From contig NC_057754.1 of NCBI RefSeq assembly GCF_004010195.1, positions 217,012 through 281,011 on the forward strand: a DNA stretch of 64,000 nt, in the 5' to 3' direction. Of the stretch, positions 36,056-49,663 are shown in pieces (the stretch's first letter is position 1; every line of letters begins with the position of its first letter). Origin of the DNA: Chiloscyllium plagiosum. Its lineage: Eukaryota. The notes beneath the pieces were generated by a model. That model searched no databases and was not told where the DNA came from. It saw only the letters and a program-made list of their open reading frames with translations. Position numbers and translations under genes: made by a program.

Positions 36056-39000
36056 TCTGCAATTTGCTATGCTCACATTATGTGCCTCCTACACCTCAGC
36101 ACTATGCAAAGGCTGTGACAATATGATTAGCCACGCTTTGTGCATTGGCTTAGACAGTGAACTGCCCTGAGACAGACTGATATGGTGAGCAATAGCACTG
36201 AAGATAGATTCTGTGCCCGAGTGCTGTCTTACATACTCAGTCCTTCGACAGCATCAAGGAGCACCACCCCATGCCCCCAGTGTAATTCTCACTCTTCCTC
36301 TGAGCACCCCTGTACAGGCTGTATCGGCAGTGCCTAGCAATTCAGTCTGTCAGTGGCTGGGCTGTGAGCTACCTGACAGTTCCATTACTGACAGTCAAAG
36401 GTGACAATCTCAGCCCACTATCACCACTCTGGAATACTACACAGAACGGATATTTGGTGGGCCAACTCCTGCCAAGAATATTTAGGGTTGACACAGAGCA
36501 GAAACACTCCATGGTAAGGATACAATTATCTGCCTCCATAATGCGTAGGACTGAGAGACTGCATGAATACACATCCCCTTTAAGAATGAAAGCAGGTCCT
36601 GACAAAGTAGCATTATAACCGAGCTGCGAACTCAGCGGATGAGTGGGCTTTGTTGCAGAGTTGCCTTGGAAACCCCCAACAGTTTATAGCACTAACAACT
36701 GCTGTAGACAGCAGCTAACTCCTTCATGTCTCCACCTGTCTTCAATGCAGGCAGAGTAATTACCAGGCGAAGGATGAAAGACCAAGCAGGCTTATGATTA
36801 TGACGAGTTCCACTAACAATTCTTTAATTTTTGACGTAGGCAAAAACACAGAAACCCTCAACGATGAAATGAGGAGCAGGGAAAGAGTTTCAAAATGTAT
36901 GGCAGCATCAAGCAGCATTTCAACATCTCAACTGACTAACAGACAATTTCCTAACAGTCAGCTTGGAGCGGGGGTGGAAGGAAGGGAAGAGTTAAAGGAG
37001 CCTATCTCAGTCTCTTATAGAATCACTGGGGGCAAACAGAAATGGAAGCCAGTTAATTAAGCAGTGTGAAATCACAATGAGCCAGCATACACACTACAGA
37101 AACAGAAATCGCTTGAAAGACTCAGCAGATCTGGCAGCATCTGTGGGGAGAAAGCAGGGGTAACATTTCGTGTCAGGTGACTCTTCATCGCACTTGACAA
37201 CTACTGACAGCTCACTAATTATGTAACCCTGTATACAGTACACAACCATCTCAGACATAGTGTTGGAAAAACTACACTGCATAGTCTTGTCATTCAAGAA
37301 TAGTGTACTGGATTATGTAGGAACTGAGCAAACATCCCCCAGAAATCAAGGCATATACAGGGTCAGAGGAGATCTTGGAAATCAGTCTTTCAAAGGTGGG
37401 AAATTGGCATTCTGTGCTGGATGCTATATAAAAGGGTTCATACTCGTGACCTCAATTTGATTGAAAGCCTCTGAAGTGGTGTGGTAAACCGCTCAGTGTG
37501 AAAGCAGTTACCCACCACCAACTCAGGGACAGCCTCAACCATCTTGGCCACAACTCAAAAATACACTCTTTATCACTGCATTTGTGGTCTATCCTACACT
37601 GCCCTTGAACTGAGGGACTTGCTTAGCCATTTCAGAGGGCAGTTAAGAGCTAACCACATTGCTGTGGGTCTGGAGTGACATGTACGCCAGACTGGGTAAG
37701 GATGGTAGATTTCCTTCCCTACAGGATCATCAGCGAACCCAGATGGATTTTTATTATAATCAATGATAGTCATGATACCATCCATGGAACTGAGACTAGC
37801 TTTCCATTCCAGATTTTATGAATGGAACTCATGCCCCGCTAGCTGCTGTGTCTCAAGAACATTAGCCTGGCCCACTGACTGTCAGCTTGGACCGAGAGTG
37901 AAAGGTAACACTCCCACTGCATGATTGTTTCTGTTGTAAAGTCTATCATATCACAGGGTCTGTCAGAAAGATTAGGAGCAAGAAAGTGGTGAAATAAAAA
38001 GCCAGTCAGAGAGAGTTTACAGCCAAAGGAACTTGAAAACACAAAGTGAGGGGAGCAGCACGTCAGCAAGTTTGGAGTGGGTGGAGGGGGGAACATTGGG
38101 GGGAAAGGGTGTCAGGGAGCGGGGGTAGGGTGTTGGAGTCAGGCAGCAAGGGCTGGGGGGTGTTAGGGATATGGTGGGGGTCAGGGAACGAGGTGGGGGG
38201 GATGTGGGAGTGAGGGAGACGGGCAGAGATAGGGAGAGATCAGCCTTGATTGCATCCCTTCCCTAGTGATCAGAGCTGAGGTTCTAATCTCTGCTTCCAA
38301 ACCAAATCAGCAAAAAGAAAAAATGGCATTTTATAAGCAAGCTCTGCAGCATAGCACTTTCACTGGCATTTTGATTCATTTTTGAAATCAATTAATGGCT
38401 AGGAATTCTTTTCCTGAAATTCACGCTTGTTGCATCTCAAACCGGAACACTGTGAAATATTTTTCACTGTCCCTCCAAGTGACAGAAACTTTGAAATACG
38501 ACCCATGTGTAAAGATCGTACAAGCCTATTCTGCATGGTGCGAACAGACTGCAGCAACACCAAGCTGAAGGACTGCAGGTTACAGTGCAGCCTCAAACCT
38601 GAGAATGAATCACTGACCGCTGCACTCAGTCCAGGTCCTTGGGGCAATCTCAGCCTTGGTCCAGCAGTTTAAACAGCTCAGATAACAGTTAGCTTCTCAG
38701 CAGGGCAAAGATTTCATTCAGTAAAACCCTCTGCCAAGTCTGACTCTGTTCCCAAGGCAATGACAAGCACATTTACATTGGATGCCAGGAGAGAAAACCC
38801 AACAGATTTTAGGTCGACAGTTCAGCTCCCCCTGGCTGCATAGCAACCAGAATGAGGAGCTGATGGGCTGCAGGCTGACAGGCAGCCACCTCAGAGTGTC
38901 TGCTCAACCAAACATCAGCAGCGTCACCCACACGCCAACACAGGCTCGCTGTTCACCCATACAGTAACTACACATGGCCACGGAGCAGCATCAGGAAGAC

Positions 39001-39171
39001 TTGGCAAAATTCAGCAGTAAATGCCTTCCCAGACCCTCATTCCACACCCTTTACTTCCCTGAGGGTCAGACAGCTCTTCAATGCAGTGACCAGACTCCAA
39101 AACAAGAGGCAGGATGAAAAACCCCTCTCACTCCCATCCCCAGCTGATAAGAAATGAAACCTGGGTCTTAC

Positions 39172-39225
39172 CTTTTGCAGACTGGAAGAGTTCAGCTGAG
39201 TTTTATCAATTATTTTAACAGCAAC
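39172..39225 (-). CDS. MARK2: MARK2 coding exon 3, 54 bp: VAVKIIDKTQLNSSSLQK
   Basis: Acceptor ttgctgcag| and donor AAG|gtaaga. Contains the VAVK catalytic lysine. NSSSLQK is the MARK2-type motif (MARK1/3 NPTSLQK, MARK4 NPSSLQK, from recall). Confidence 0.92.
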
Positions 39226-40496
39226 CTGCAGCAATGAGAAAGATATCGTTAATTCCAAATTGGAGACTCTATATTTCACACAATCCAATCAGCAAATCTC
39301 CCAACTGTCTCTCGCCACACTCTGGAATCACCCACAATCCACATTCCGATCAGGAATACCATCACGCACTTTCACTCCAAACTGGAATCTTGCCCTGCAC
39401 AATGCTACCGGGAGTTTCCCCACCTGCTTCCAAAGCAAAGATCAGGAAAGCCAACTCCATCCTACTGTTTTCAACAGGAATACGCACACCACACCCCACC
39501 AAATAAAACAATTCAAGCCAGAGCCCCCCACCCCCCACTACCATCTGAATGTCATTCCGCCCCCAACAATCTGAGCTGGATACACCCCAAACTCTCGTGC
39601 CCGACTCCTTCCAACCCACCCAATATTCCGAGCTGGGAACCATACCTATAATCCAATTCAGAGTCCGCCCCTGCCACCCTCATAATTCCAGCAGGGACCA
39701 AATCCATTAATCAGATCCAGAATCCTCCTCCCACTCTGACAATCCAATCTGAAATTATCTTCCCACCACCTCCAAACCAATCCAATCTGGATTCCCATCA
39801 CCCCCACCCATCTTCAACACCCCGGTCTGGAAATCCCTCTTCCTCCCAAGGCTCCGACCAGGAAAACGCTCTCCCTCCCAAGGCTCCCAAGTGTGGAATC
39901 ACCACTTACTCCCAATAGTCTGATTAGGAAAGCCCTCTTCCTCCCACACTCTGGTCAGGAATTTTCACCCTCTCTTCCTCGACACCCGGAGCTTTAACCA
40001 CCCCAGCTCTTTGGGAGCTCTGATTGGGAATCAGCCAGCAATCCTGATGATGCGGTCTGAAATCCCTTCTCATCTCAATGTGCTGCTCAGAAATCCTCGT
40101 GCCCACCTCCAACTTCACAGTGCTTTGACTGATCCTAATCACAAACACCTACATCTCTTCCAGGAATCCACTCTGAAATATGTCTCCCCTTTTTCAAGTT
40201 GCTGGCAGGAAATCCTCCTTCTCTCAGCCATCGTTCCAAACTGGAACCAGCCTCACCCTACAACACTCATCAGGAACAACTCTTTCTTTACCCAAACTCA
40301 GACCTGGAAACACTTTTCTGTCACCCACTCCCCCATAAATCCCTCAACTCTTTCCCAGTGTCCTGCTTGGGAATTCCTCAACTCTCTCTTAGTCTGAACT
40401 GATGTCCTCTCTCACTCCCCTTCCTTCTCTTTATGAGTGTTCCAATCAGGAATCCCTCTCGTTCTCTCCTGGAGCTCAGAAACTAAGTCCCCTCCA

Positions 40497-42129
40497 CAAG
40501 CACTCAGCCTTCTATGCTCGCTTTGAGCAGAATTTCAGCAGAAAGGTAACTCCTATTCCGACAAGTCCTGACGAACTATCCCATCAGTCACTGCATCTGA
40601 GGTCAAATCAATTTTCCTTCGCATGAATCCAAGGAAAGCGATGGGACCAAACGGAGTACCAGGCCGTGCACTCAAAGCATGCGCAGATCAACTAGCAAAG
40701 GTCTTCTCGGACATCTTCAACCTCTCCCTGCAGCAGGCCACTGTCCCTGCCTGTTTCAAAAGGGCCAACATCATCCCTGTGCCTAAGAAGGCTCATCAGC
40801 ATGTCTCAGTCACTACCATCCAGTGGCCCTAACTTCAGTGGTCATGAAGTGCTTTGAAAGGCTGGTCATGCTTTAATCAACTCCAGCCTCCAGACTACTC
40901 TTGACCCACTCCAATTTGCCTATCGGACCAACAGATCCACGTCAGATGCCATATCATTTACCCTTCACTCCTCCCTAGAGCATCTTGACATAAAGAACAG
41001 CTACGTAAGAATCCTACTCATTGACTACAGTTCAGCCTTCAACACTATTATTCCCTTGAGACGGATTACTAAACTTCATGATCTCGGACTAAGCCCCACT
41101 CTCTGCAACTGGATCCTCAGTTTCCTGACCCACAGGCCACAATCAGTGAAGACTGGTTGTGTTCATCCTCTAAACATGGAGCCCCCAGCCCGGAGGGTGC
41201 ACTCAGCCCCCTACTATACTCACTCTATACCCATGACTGCGTCGTCAAATACCAGACTAATGCCATTTACAAGTTTGCTATTGACACCATCATAGTTGGT
41301 TGAATCTCAGATGGCGACGAAACAGATTACAGACGGGAGGTGGAAGACCTGGAAAAATGGTACGCTGAGAACAACCTAGCTCTCAATGCCGACAAAACCA
41401 AGGAATTCATTATTGACTTTCGGCGGGATGTTACTCTTCTCCTCCCCACCCTCCACACCCCTTACACATTAACAGCACAGAGATGGAATAAGTGAAGAGT
41501 GTCAAGCTCCTGGGAGTGGTCATCCACAACAAGCTTTCTTGGACTCTTCATGTGAACGCACTGGTTACAAAAGCCCAACGTCTCTTCCTCCTCAGGCAGC
41601 TGAGGAAATTTGGCATGACGGCAAACACCCTCGCCAACTTTTATAGGTGTGCCATCAAGAGCATTCTGTCTGGATGTATCACTACCTGGTATGGCAACTG
41701 TACCATTCAAGAGCGGAGATGGTTACAGAAAGTGGTGAACTCGGGCCAGACAACCACAATGGCCAACCTCCCATCTACAGAATCCATCTACCAGGCCCGC
41801 TGTCAAGGAAAGGCACCAGCATTCTCAAAGATCCATCCCACCCTGGCAACGTTTTTCTACAACCTCTATCATCAGGGAGAAGGTACAGAAGCCTGAACAC
41901 TTGCACCAGCGCAGTTTCAAAACAGTTTCTACCCTACTGTTAGAATACTAAATGGATTAACAATCTCTTAACATTCACCTGTACCTGTGGTTTTGTTTTT
42001 GCCACTTTTTACCTGTCATTTACTTGTCTATGCTACTTAACTCTGTGATCTGTCTGTATTGCTCGCAAGACAAAGCTTTTCACTGTGCCTCGGTACACGT
42101 GACAATAAATTCAATTCAATTCAATTCAA
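40497..42129 (+). mobile_element. Rex1/Babar-type non-LTR retrotransposon, 5'-truncated and frameshifted
   Basis: [73 protein letters not shown]. Tail gacaataaa(ttcaa)n. Confidence 0.88.
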
Positions 42130-42969
42130 AATGAATGGTCAATTCTCTTCAACGTGTCAGCCTGCTCAACAGGAGGCAGTTTTCAGCTCAGCAGGAACAC
42201 TGACCCACAGGAATCAGCAGCAGGGGGTCAAGAAGGCACACTAGAGAATGACGAAAAGATATCTGCCTTTGGTGTGCAATGCCCCTTAAGCAGTTGGCAG
42301 CACTTCAAATAAACACTGTTTATATATGTGCAGAATGAGCATTATAAATAAAGAGGGTAGTGGTTAATTTGTTAAACATGTCATGGAAAAATGTTGTGTC
42401 ACGTGTCCAAGGCACCTCTTCCCACAGCAGATCCTGGAACAGTCTGGACGGTATATGCTGCTTCTCTGAATCAGCACTGACCCAGCCAGTTTCAAACTTG
42501 TGCATCCTGTTCCCCCACAGCAGCTCGATAACCGAATGCCGTTGTAGTAACTCCAACCCAGAGAAAGCCAGGTGGAAACTGGGACAGCGAGCCCAACAGA
42601 AACCAGTGCACAGCAATCTCCTTCCTCTTGCATCAGCTGTGGAAAGGGTAGGTTTTTGACTTGAAGTTCAGGCCAAAGCAATGGAATATTAGGACCGGTG
42701 AAGGCCAGAGCATCGTGCGAACAATGCAACCTTTGTGTAATACTAGATCAGGAATTCCTGGCCTTACAGGACAAGTGGACACGTCCTCCATCTCATCAGA
42801 AAGACAACACTGCCATTTTGTCAGTGCTGACCCTCTGATAATGTGGCACTTCCTTAGCACTGACCCTTTGACAGGGAAGAGATGAAGTGGGCTAGGGCGA
42901 GACAAGATGGAGAAGGAGAGTGCGAGGGTGAGACAAGGGGGTAAAGTCAAGATGAGAAGAAAAGGTCAT

Positions 42970-43273
42970 AAAATCAAAGTGTCCGGCCATTCGGCCCATC
43001 GAGTCCACATTCCTACCCAATCCTTGTATGCATTTCTGCATTTCCCATGGCTAACCCACCTAGTCAACACATCCCTGGACACTAGGGGCAATTTAGCATG
43101 GCCAATCCACCTTACCTGCACATCTTTGGACTATGGGAAGAAACCAGAGCATCCAAGGGAAACCCACACAGACAAAGGGAAAATGTACAAACTCCACAGA
43201 GTCGTCAGGGGAATGAATCGAACATGGGTCTCTGGTGCTGTGGGACAGCACTGCTAACCACTGAGCCACCGTG
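42970..43273 (-). mobile_element. Older HE1-like V-SINE
   Basis: CACGGTGGCTCAGTGGTTAGCAG head and a decayed V-core. Confidence 0.8.
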
Positions 43274-43279
43274 TTGAAG

Positions 43280-43357
43280 CGAGCGGAAGAGGTTGAGGCA
43301 AGAGAGTGAGAGAGACAAGGAAGAAACAAAGGATGAGGTAAGAGAGGGGGATGAGAC

Positions 43358-43389
<32 letters not shown>

Positions 43390-43570
43390 AAGAGAAAGAG
43401 AGAGAGAAAGAGAGAAAGAAAGAGTGACACAAGGAGCAAGAGGGCGAGATGAGGCAAGAGAGAAAGAGAAGAAGGACAAGCACAGGCGAGAGAGTAGGGA
43501 TAAGATAGAGAGTGCGGGAGCCAGGGTAAGGGAGCACATGTGTGAAAGAGAATAGGAAAAGCAAGAAAGA
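43280..43570. repeat. Polypurine tract including a (GA)n microsatellite at ~43355-43420
   Basis: Seen directly; lies just downstream of the exon 2 donor in transcript sense. Confidence 0.9.
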
Positions 43571-43627
43571 GGCTGGTTTGGGAGATTTGCATGCCAGCGG
43601 GATACAGAGGGCAGTCTCGGCACTTAC

Positions 43628-43822
43628 CTCTTTGCCAGTGAGAACATGCCGTGCCAGCTTGACCTTGGCGAAGTTGCCTTTGCCAATAGTTTTGAGCAGC
43701 CTGTAGTTTCCAATGTGGGGAGTGTCCTCGGCAGTGGTAGCGATGGAGCTGCGACATCGCGGCATGCTGGACCTGCTGCTCGACTTTGACTGGACCGGTG
43801 GGTCTGGGTGACCCCCTGTGTG
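43628..43822 (-). CDS. MARK2: MARK-family Ser/Thr kinase (probably MARK2), coding exon 2, 195 bp: [65 protein letters not shown]
   Basis: Contains the MARK kinase start [25 protein letters not shown] with the Gly-rich loop. Acceptor ttttctacag| and donor GAG|gtaagt; phase 0/0. Confidence 0.9.
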
Positions 43823-44531
43823 CTGTAGAAAACACAAAGGCAATCAGCAAGTGTATCCAACACAGGAAAAACCCAAAAAGCACAGGATCACATCTGGAAA
43901 AACAGATATTATTGTGGCTACAAAGAGATTGATCATAGCAGTGTTCTCAGGATAAACTTAGGGCCGCTGCTCAAGATCAAGTAAATATAAGCTTCTTAAT
44001 AAAAACTGAAGTGCCAGCTAAGTGCAAAGTGACAGATAAGGAAAAGAATGAACTCTCTGTCACCTGGGAATAACTTCCAAATTTGAACTTTATATTATTA
44101 ACTTCTAACTGGAAAGGCAGTTGAAGTATCTGAAACAATTGGAGCTAGCGAGGTGAAGTTAAACAGGGATATGGAGGCGCACGTGGTGGAGATACAGAAT
44201 TACCTTGAACTAACTAAGCAAATGGTCTAAGAGCTTCAAAAGGATTAAACAACCTATTCCTGTTCCTATTAAACAAGTTCCAGGAGGGCTGAATGGCCTC
44301 CTGCTGTCGAGTGCAATGGGATCGAAGAACTAAGTGGCCTCCTCCTGTTCCTAACAGGCTGAATGGCCACCCTATTTCCAGTGAAGACTCAGGGAAATGG
44401 CACTGGAGCAGCAAGGTGATGGAGATGGCATCAAACTTGGCTCTGTCTCACTCATCGCATTACAAAGAGGTAGGCCATGTGAAGCAAGTGCAGGTTAAGT
44501 GGGGGGTAAGCAATGGGGCGCAGATCAGTAC

Positions 44532-45576
44532 AGGATTGGGGTGAAGTGCCAGGTGAGGGTGTAAGGTGGTGTGCAGTCTGACATGCAGAGTAGTGCAGAT
44601 TTGGGATGCGGTGCAGGGTGACGTGGGGTAAGGGGTGGGGCTGGACTGAAGTGCAGGTTGGGATAGGTGCAGGGTTGGCGTGGCGGGGGGGGGGGGGGGT
44701 GAGGTATGGTGCAGGGTGCAGACAGGGGTGGAGTGCATAGGGGTGCAGGGTGCAGTGTGATGAGTGTAAGCTGAGTTTCAGGGTTAGGTGTGACAAGAAT
44801 AATCAGAAAAACCACTGCATCCATTATCCATGGAGGAAGCCTGGGTGAGGAAGCTCAGCTGCTCACACCCTCAGTGTTGCCTCTTGAGCATGGTGGCATG
44901 TGGCAGGGAAGAGGGAGTCGCGACTGCAACCAGAGACCTTACACCAGTCAACAAAACAACAGAAGAGCTGGCCATACTGCTAAGAACAGCTGTGAATCTC
45001 AGCAATACTACCCCACAAACCAGAGAGATTGTTGTCATGAGTATTCCTGAAGCAACTAGAACAAGCTTCTGATTAATTCACAGGTAGTCATGCACCTCCT
45101 TCATCAGGAAAATTACAAATTTTAAAATATTTACTTTCTTCACTTTAACTGATTAAAACATCACTCATCAAGGACTTACTTTACCCTTTTCTCAATGGCA
45201 AGGAATCTTGTGGGTAACTGTAGAATACACACACCCTGGAACTACAGGCCACAAGACAGGGTTCTCCAGTTGGGACACAGCGCAATCCAACACAGAGCAT
45301 CTCTAAGTAACGTGGTCCCAATCTCTCCTCCTTAGCGATCCGCTGCCAAATCTTTGCAAGATCTGCCCAGTTGGCCTCACGCTCCCTGACCCCAGCTCTT
45401 CAACCATACCTCACCGCCCCCCCCCCAAGCCAACCCTGCACCTATCCCAACCTGCACTTCAGTCCAGCCCCACCCCTTACCCCACGTCACCCTGCACCAC
45501 ATCCCAAATCTGCACTACTCTGCATGTCAGACTGCACACCACCTTACACCCTCACCTGGCACCTCACCCCAATCCT
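44532..45576. repeat. Inverted repeat with arms 44532-44710 and 45403-45576 and a 692-bp spacer
   Basis: The arms are reverse complements with about 3 substitutions plus small differences in and next to the G/C run. Confidence 0.92.
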
Positions 45577-47199
45577 TTCAGTTACACATGTGGTCAGTCC
45601 TTGGAGAAGTGGAGAGGGGGAATACCAGGGAATCCATGCTCTCACATAATGCCTTCCTTGTCAGAGATAACTCCACCACAGTAGGCTCTGTCCACTACCA
45701 TTCCATCTCTCACATCTCATGAAAATTCCAAAATGAAAGGCTGAGTGAAAGAAATGGATGGCCTGGGCCTTTTCAAGACAGGCAGGATCTGTAGAGCTCG
45801 CATACACAAGGTACTGCAACTCCTTTTCTGCTCATTTAATACACATAACATCAATCCCCATCAAACATCCTTCATATAATCGATTACAAATTCTCACCAG
45901 AGAGAAAATGAATAGATATCTCCCACCAAAATCCCAGGCAACAGCACAGAGGGAACTTGCAGCTTCATAGCACAGAAATAAAAGCTACTTCTGCCTCCAG
46001 GCTGTGAGTCTTTAAAAAATACATCAGCTGAACTGGTGAAAGATTCAACTGAAGAAGTGCGGAGGTGCAGGCTGAGACTGGTGAGGTTCATTAGCTAGCC
46101 TGCTCGCATTGGACAATCTGAATCTGGTCTCATTCAAATATTCAGTCCCAGCTGGGGGAACAACTCTTGCACACCTCTGCAACAGACAGCTCTCAAAATC
46201 ATTCTGAACTCTGAAAAGCCCACTCTGTGTTGGCCAAGTGCCCCAGCTTAGATCCTTTACCACAGGTCAGTCAGCTCCCAGTTTCATTTCCCTCCACTAC
46301 ACCAGATCATGAGATAGGGTCTCTTTTCCAGTGTGACCCAGCAGAGAGCAGTGGCAAGCTTCCTGGGGAAAAGGCTGGGTATGGTACTGCGCTGCTTCAG
46401 ACATACTGCACTTGCATTCCCTGCACCACACCACTCACCCAGGATATATGCCAAGCCCACTTTTGGAGAGGAGTGCTGAGACGCATAGAACACACTCACT
46501 GTTCTGGCCACTTGTTACCATTCAGCCTTAAAATAGGGAGTGAGGCCAATAATGACTGTCTCACAGGCAGGCTCCTGGGTAAGGTACTCAACAGTAGGCC
46601 ACACCAGTAACTGCACACTTCAACAGGAAAGAGTGAGTGAATGAATGTGGGTCAGGGGAAACCTTTCTGGATTCCTTTACCCTATCCTCAGATCTTGCCT
46701 TTAATCACTTCCCTCTGAACTCCGATTTACTCCACGGGTAACTGGGAGGAGAAATCAATAGTTTCATTGTTTCCCCAGGCCAGGCCTTTCCACAGGGGAA
46801 CAAAGCCCCAGTACGCAGTGTATTATGGTTGGAGCAGAGCCAGTGCCCAAGCAGCATGGTTCAGAATGTTAACGAAGAACAAACAGGCACTGGCTGTCTG
46901 AGCTACTTAGCTTAACCCTTTAAAGCCCCAGGCAGTTCTCCATTCAGCTTCCCTTTTGCTTTCCCAGGGTCAGGACAAGCCTAACATTGCTCACCCAGTC
47001 GACCCCAGCACAGATGTTACAGAAAGGACCTTCACAGCTGGGTTTTGCCCCAACCCACAATTTGAGCTCTCAACCTCTGAGACCATTGGCACAGCTCAAT
47101 GAGCAGTACAAGAACCTCACTATTTCTTCAACCTCAACCCCCCCCCCCACCCCAATAATTGACTGATGGGACAGAAACAACATGGATTAATGAGGTGGA

Positions 47200-47960
47200 A
47201 ATCACATTTGACAAACCTAACAGTTTTGTTCAGGATGTTACAAGCAGAGATAATAAAGGGAAAACCAGTGGATTTAATTTAATTGGTATTTCAGAAGACT
47301 TTTTCCAAGAGTCGCAGACAGTCGGTTCACAAACAGGGAATCTGAGCACACAGGATTGGGGTAGTATACGAATGTGGAGTGAGGATTTGTTATCAGGCAA
47401 AACACAGAGTGGGAGTAACTGGGTCATTCCCAGGTTGGCAGATTGTGACCAAGGATCTGTGCCTGGTCCTCAGCTCAAGATTGATATCAATGATTTAGAT
47501 ATGAAGCTAACTGCATTATACCCCAAGTTTTAGATGACACAAAAACGATGGGAATGATACTGTAAGGAAAATGCAAAGAGACTTTAAAGGGATTTAGACA
47601 GGCTGTGAGAGAGTAGATGGCAGGTACAACACAGTAAGGAAAAGTGTGAACTGTAGACTATTTCTGAACAATTACAACATTTAAAAAGCATCTGGATGAG
47701 GATATGAATAGGATTTGGCCAAATGCGACTATTAATTTCGGATACCTGGTCAGCATGGACGAGTTGGACCAAAGGGTCCATTTCCGTACTATACATCTCT
47801 ATGCATCTAACTGGGCGGATTGAGATTGGAAGAGAGCTGACGTACAAAGAGACTGAGTTGTCCTGGTCCAGGAGTTACTGAATGCCAGCAAACAATTCGA
47901 AAGACAAACTGTTAGTATTTATCACAAAAACAGCCCAGATGTACTGCTTCAATTACACAG
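47200..47960 (+). mobile_element. Old CR1 RT fragment with a nested CR1 3' end
   Basis: QGSVPGPQL..IDINDLD, with KF*DDTK across 47520-47545. Confidence 0.65.
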
Positions 47961-48523
47961 AACACTGGTGGTGGTGGTGGGGAGGGGGAGGCAAGAGAGA
48001 GGGAGAAGAATGAGGCAGAAGGAGGGATTAGAGGGATATGAGGGAATGAGAAAGAAGGTGGAAGAGAACAGGTTAGAGCTGCAACAGCACATTTTTAAAA
48101 TGAATTCATCTGTCAACATTTTCGCAACAGATGGCCAGATCGTGATTCCTTAAAATTATTTTTTACTGCTGAGAACGAGGTGTGAGGTTTAAAATAAATT
48201 ATCTCTTCACAAAGGTTCAGGCAGGCTAATAGCCCCCTCCCCCTCCATCCATAATGAAACAGTGGTTCAGACAAATTAACTTGCTCCTCACATTTTAATT
48301 CCTAGATTACTCCATTTCTGGAATGGACCTTGTGTTTTCTGCTGTGAAGACAGAGAACATATTTCTTCAACACCTCACAATTTACTCAGTCCCCACAATA
48401 ATTTATCCTGTCTCAGCTTCCAAGGGACAAACATTTATTTTTAGTTACTCCCTTCTTGTTATAAACTTCTAAAAGCTCCTGCAATCTGAAATATATTTGT
48501 GTCTTGTTCAATCTTATACTCCA

Positions 48524-48644
48524 GGCAAAACTGAGGACTGCAGATGCTGGAAACCAAGTCCAGATTAGAGTGGTGCTGGAAAAGCACGAGGTCAGGCAGC
48601 ATCTGAGGAGCAGGAAAATCAACGTTTCAGGCAAAAGCCCTTCA
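48524..48644 (-). mobile_element. Short Penelope-derived insert with an HHR remnant and a 16-bp TSD
   Basis: TSD tcaatcttatactcca at 48508-48523 and 48645-48660. Minus strand reads TGATGAAGGGCTTTTGCCTGAAACGTTG. Confidence 0.8.
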
Positions 48645-49663
48645 TCAATCTTATACTCCACCTTCTCCATTTTAGAAAAATTAACTTTATGGTCTCCCAA
48701 CATTCAAACTTGTTACAGTTTGTTTTTACTACTTTATAAGAGTCTTCATGGGTTGGTCATGAATCATACTGCATGGAAACAGACACTTTAGTCCAACTTG
48801 TCTGTGCCAACCAAGTTTCTTAAACTAAACTAATCCCATTTGCCTCCGTTTGACCCACATGCCTCTAAACCTGGAAGCATGTGAAGAATCATCTAGTCTC
48901 GAAACATTAGCTTGCTTTCTCTCCATGGATGCTGTCTGATCTGCTGTGATCTCCAGCATTTGTTGATTTCAGTAGATTTTGCTCCTGTCTCTAAACCTTT
49001 CCTATTCCTGTACCTGCCCAAATGTCTTTTAAATATTGTAACCGTACCTGCAACTACCACTTCCTCTAGCAATTCATTCCAGATATGAACCATAGTGTGT
49101 GAAAATGTTGCCCCTCAGGTTCACTGAATATCACCACACTCAAATATCTTCTAAGTCATTTCCAGATAGCCACAGGGACATACGCTCAAGCTGGCCAGCT
49201 ATGCAGCACCTTGAGAAACCCACGAGTGTGTACACAGAGCCTGTATTTCCTGCTTGGTTAGATATTGCTGTTTTTATTTTCAAGCCTACGAACGTGATAC
49301 CACATAGGAATACTAGTCACTTCCGTCTCTCAATTCAGCGTACAGGATGATTGCTCAGCTGTGTCCCACATGCTCAGTCTCCGGGCAGGAATTTAACATT
49401 GACTAGCCCAAAATAGAACAGTCTGATTTGACCCAGCACTTTGCTGACTTACTTGCCCTGTTTCACAGTTTCAAGGACATGCCTCAAATACCCTATAAGG
49501 TAATAAATACACTTTCAGCAACAGGGAATCACATAAACAAATATGATGCAAAAACATTCCTCAGTACTGGGCAAATTCCTCAAAAGGCTTCCACACTCAA
49601 CAGTGGGTAACTGGTTAGTTAAAGCAAGAACTACAAACCCTTGAGCGAGAAGGGAAGTCCAAT

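Noticed and set aside
43205..43843. 212-aa ORF as a single-exon kinase gene
   Set aside because: Only 43628-43822 is exonic; the rest is read-through into the intron and the (CT)n tract.
44711..45402. Spacer of the inverted repeat as a transposase remnant or MITE interior
   Set aside because: No recognisable transposase motif and no TSD outside the arms.
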